DNA of 64,000 nucleotides from Nitrospirales bacterium (GTDB lineage Bacteria; Nitrospirota; Nitrospiria; Nitrospirales; UBA8639): NCBI GenBank assembly GCA_965203295.1, contig CBDBCZ010000018.1, positions 416,001 to 480,000 of the forward strand, read 5' to 3'. Shown piece by piece: positions 62,430 to 64,000 of this stretch (position 1 is its first letter; each line of letters starts with the position of its first letter). The notes under the pieces were generated by a model. It saw only the letters and a program-made list of their open reading frames with translations, ran no database searches and was not told where the DNA came from. The position numbers and the translations under genes were made by a program.

Positions 62430-62722
62430 GGTACATGTATAGGTGAAGTAATTCTATCCCATGGGTTACTCGTGAGAATTTACAACATTTACTGGTGTGG
62501 GCACCTGAACTTCCACCTGGAAATAGGCAGATATATGAAACCATGCACTGTGCACCCCAGCAATGCCAGGTACCCATTACAGCTGGGTGGGGTGGTGTGT
62601 ACTTGTGACATGAGATGGTATAATCACACCAAATGAAAGAATAGACAGTCACAGGCGGGATTCCCACCACCAACCCCCCTTGGGTTGTGAGTCCAGTGCT
62701 CTAACCACTACCCCGTCGTGAC
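62430..62722 (-). mobile_element. tRNA-derived SINE with a Nin/Deu-like central domain
   Basis: Head GTCACGACGGGGTAGTGGTTAGAGCACTGGACTCACAACC..GGGAATCCCGCCTGTGAC (A box, degenerate B box, GTCAC/GTGAC acceptor stem), then CCACCCAGCTGTAATGGGTACCTGG. Confidence 0.7.
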
Positions 62723-62859
<137 letters not shown>

Positions 62860-63663
62860 ATAGATGATATACTTCCGTATAATCTATGCACACACGCACA
62901 CACATATGCAGATTACTGTATGCTGTGCATGCACAAGGAGGGTTAACAGCAGCAGGTGGGTTACTTTGATCTGGTGGTTGACACATGTTGCTAAGCATCT
63001 CTTGTTGAGGCAAGACTAATTACTACTAACTAGATCATGTAGACTGGCCACAGTAATATCATGGCTTCTAAGTGAGGTATGACTGTCTAAACTTGAGCCA
63101 CTCTGCTTTTCATGCATGCCAGTATCTTTTTTTGTCAGTCTTTGCTAAGTCTCACCGCGTGGGTAAGTCTTATCGTGTTAGACTACATGAATAAACTTTA
63201 AAGTTTTCTCTCAGGTGAACAGCCAATGCAGACAACAGACTACCACCATAGTAAGCATGGAGTTTAGATCGCACCGTAAGGGCTGTGGCGATTACTTAAA
63301 TCATATCTTTACAAGAGGGGAAAAACCTAATGCGCAATGACACTATACATAGTCTGTGAACAGCCCCACTGTAACAGACACGCCAAGACGTATATAGTCT
63401 CCTGCCCAGTCCACATGAGACTAGCCAAGACAGTGAATGAGCCTAGAAGCTGGCTCATCAAATTTTGCAGAATCCATATAATAACGGTCACTTTGTGCGG
63501 CCTCCGTCAAGCTTAATTGCATGCTGATAACTGCTACTAAATACGATAACTGAATCAGTTAGATCACAGATAAGTAGTTGGTTAGATCTGCTTGGAAGAG
63601 CTTGCGACAGGCTTCTAGGAGCGGTGACTGTGTATCTGGCGTACTAACCCCGCTGCAGCAAAC

Positions 63664-63831
63664 ATGAAGGTCTTGGTCATTGTGGTGGTTCTGGGATTCC
63701 TGGCCGCATCTGTACGTAGCGACGTGACGAGCGACGAGTGCCAAATTTGCCTGCAAGTGTGTTCGCAAACATGCGTAGCTCTCAGTTGTCTGGTCTGCTC
63801 AACAGTTTGTGCTGTGGAGTGCGCAAAAATG
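63664..63831 (+). CDS. First coding exon of a putative secreted cysteine-rich peptide; gene continues beyond this exon
   Basis: MKVLVIVVVLGFLAASVRS-DVTSDECQICLQVCSQTCVALSCLVCSTVCAVECAKM: signal peptide plus 8 Cys. Start context AAACATG, phase-0 donor GTAGGT at 63832. The frame has no stop before the window end, so it is missing from the ORF track. Confidence 0.65.
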
Positions 63832-64000
63832 GTAGGTTCGATATTCGCCAAAGCTAGTTGCGTGCGTATATTATTATGCTTGCTTGCATGCAAACTTGTA
63901 CGTCGTCCTATTAGTGGTAGCGGGAAGTTTGCCTTGGGTAGATTTTATACGGCCGTGCGCATTATTTTCGCAAAAAGCCTGTTAACGGCTGCGGGAAAAA

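Noticed and set aside
62645..62722. Functional tRNA gene
   Set aside because: Degenerate B box and T arm, and it continues into a SINE body.

Overview
Eukaryotic, transposon-dense DNA with short GT-AG introns. The family mix suggests a non-bilaterian or other marine invertebrate such as a demosponge; this is inference. No rRNA, intact tRNA or CRISPR is visible. Most coding sequence is decayed mobile-element material: three CMC/EnSpm (CACTA) transposases, an AcademX-type transposon with TIRs and a 4-bp TSD, a Ngaro/DIRS gag-RT fragment, Ty3/gypsy fragments, several LINE pieces (one ORF1 with a 2A-like DVEPNPGP motif and a PHD finger), five TTAA-flanked piggyBac-type non-autonomous elements, a hAT-like element, TA-flanked MITEs and a tRNA-derived SINE. 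A nest can be rebuilt from junction sequences: a LINE sits in a CACTA, and both AcademX and a piggyBac MITE sit in the LINE. Bases ~43.7-56.3 kb are a satellite of internally palindromic monomers with ~550/1094-bp higher-order periods; it hosts an ORF1-only LINE-like element. Host-like sequences are two PGAM5-like histidine phosphatase pseudogene copies, a frameshifted TDP-43 N-terminal-domain-like exon and a degraded Ulp1-like peptidase. At the window end, absent from the ORF track, is an apparently intact exon for a secreted peptide with a tandem (CxxCxxxCxxxC)2 motif. All family calls are by-eye motif recognition, not database searches.
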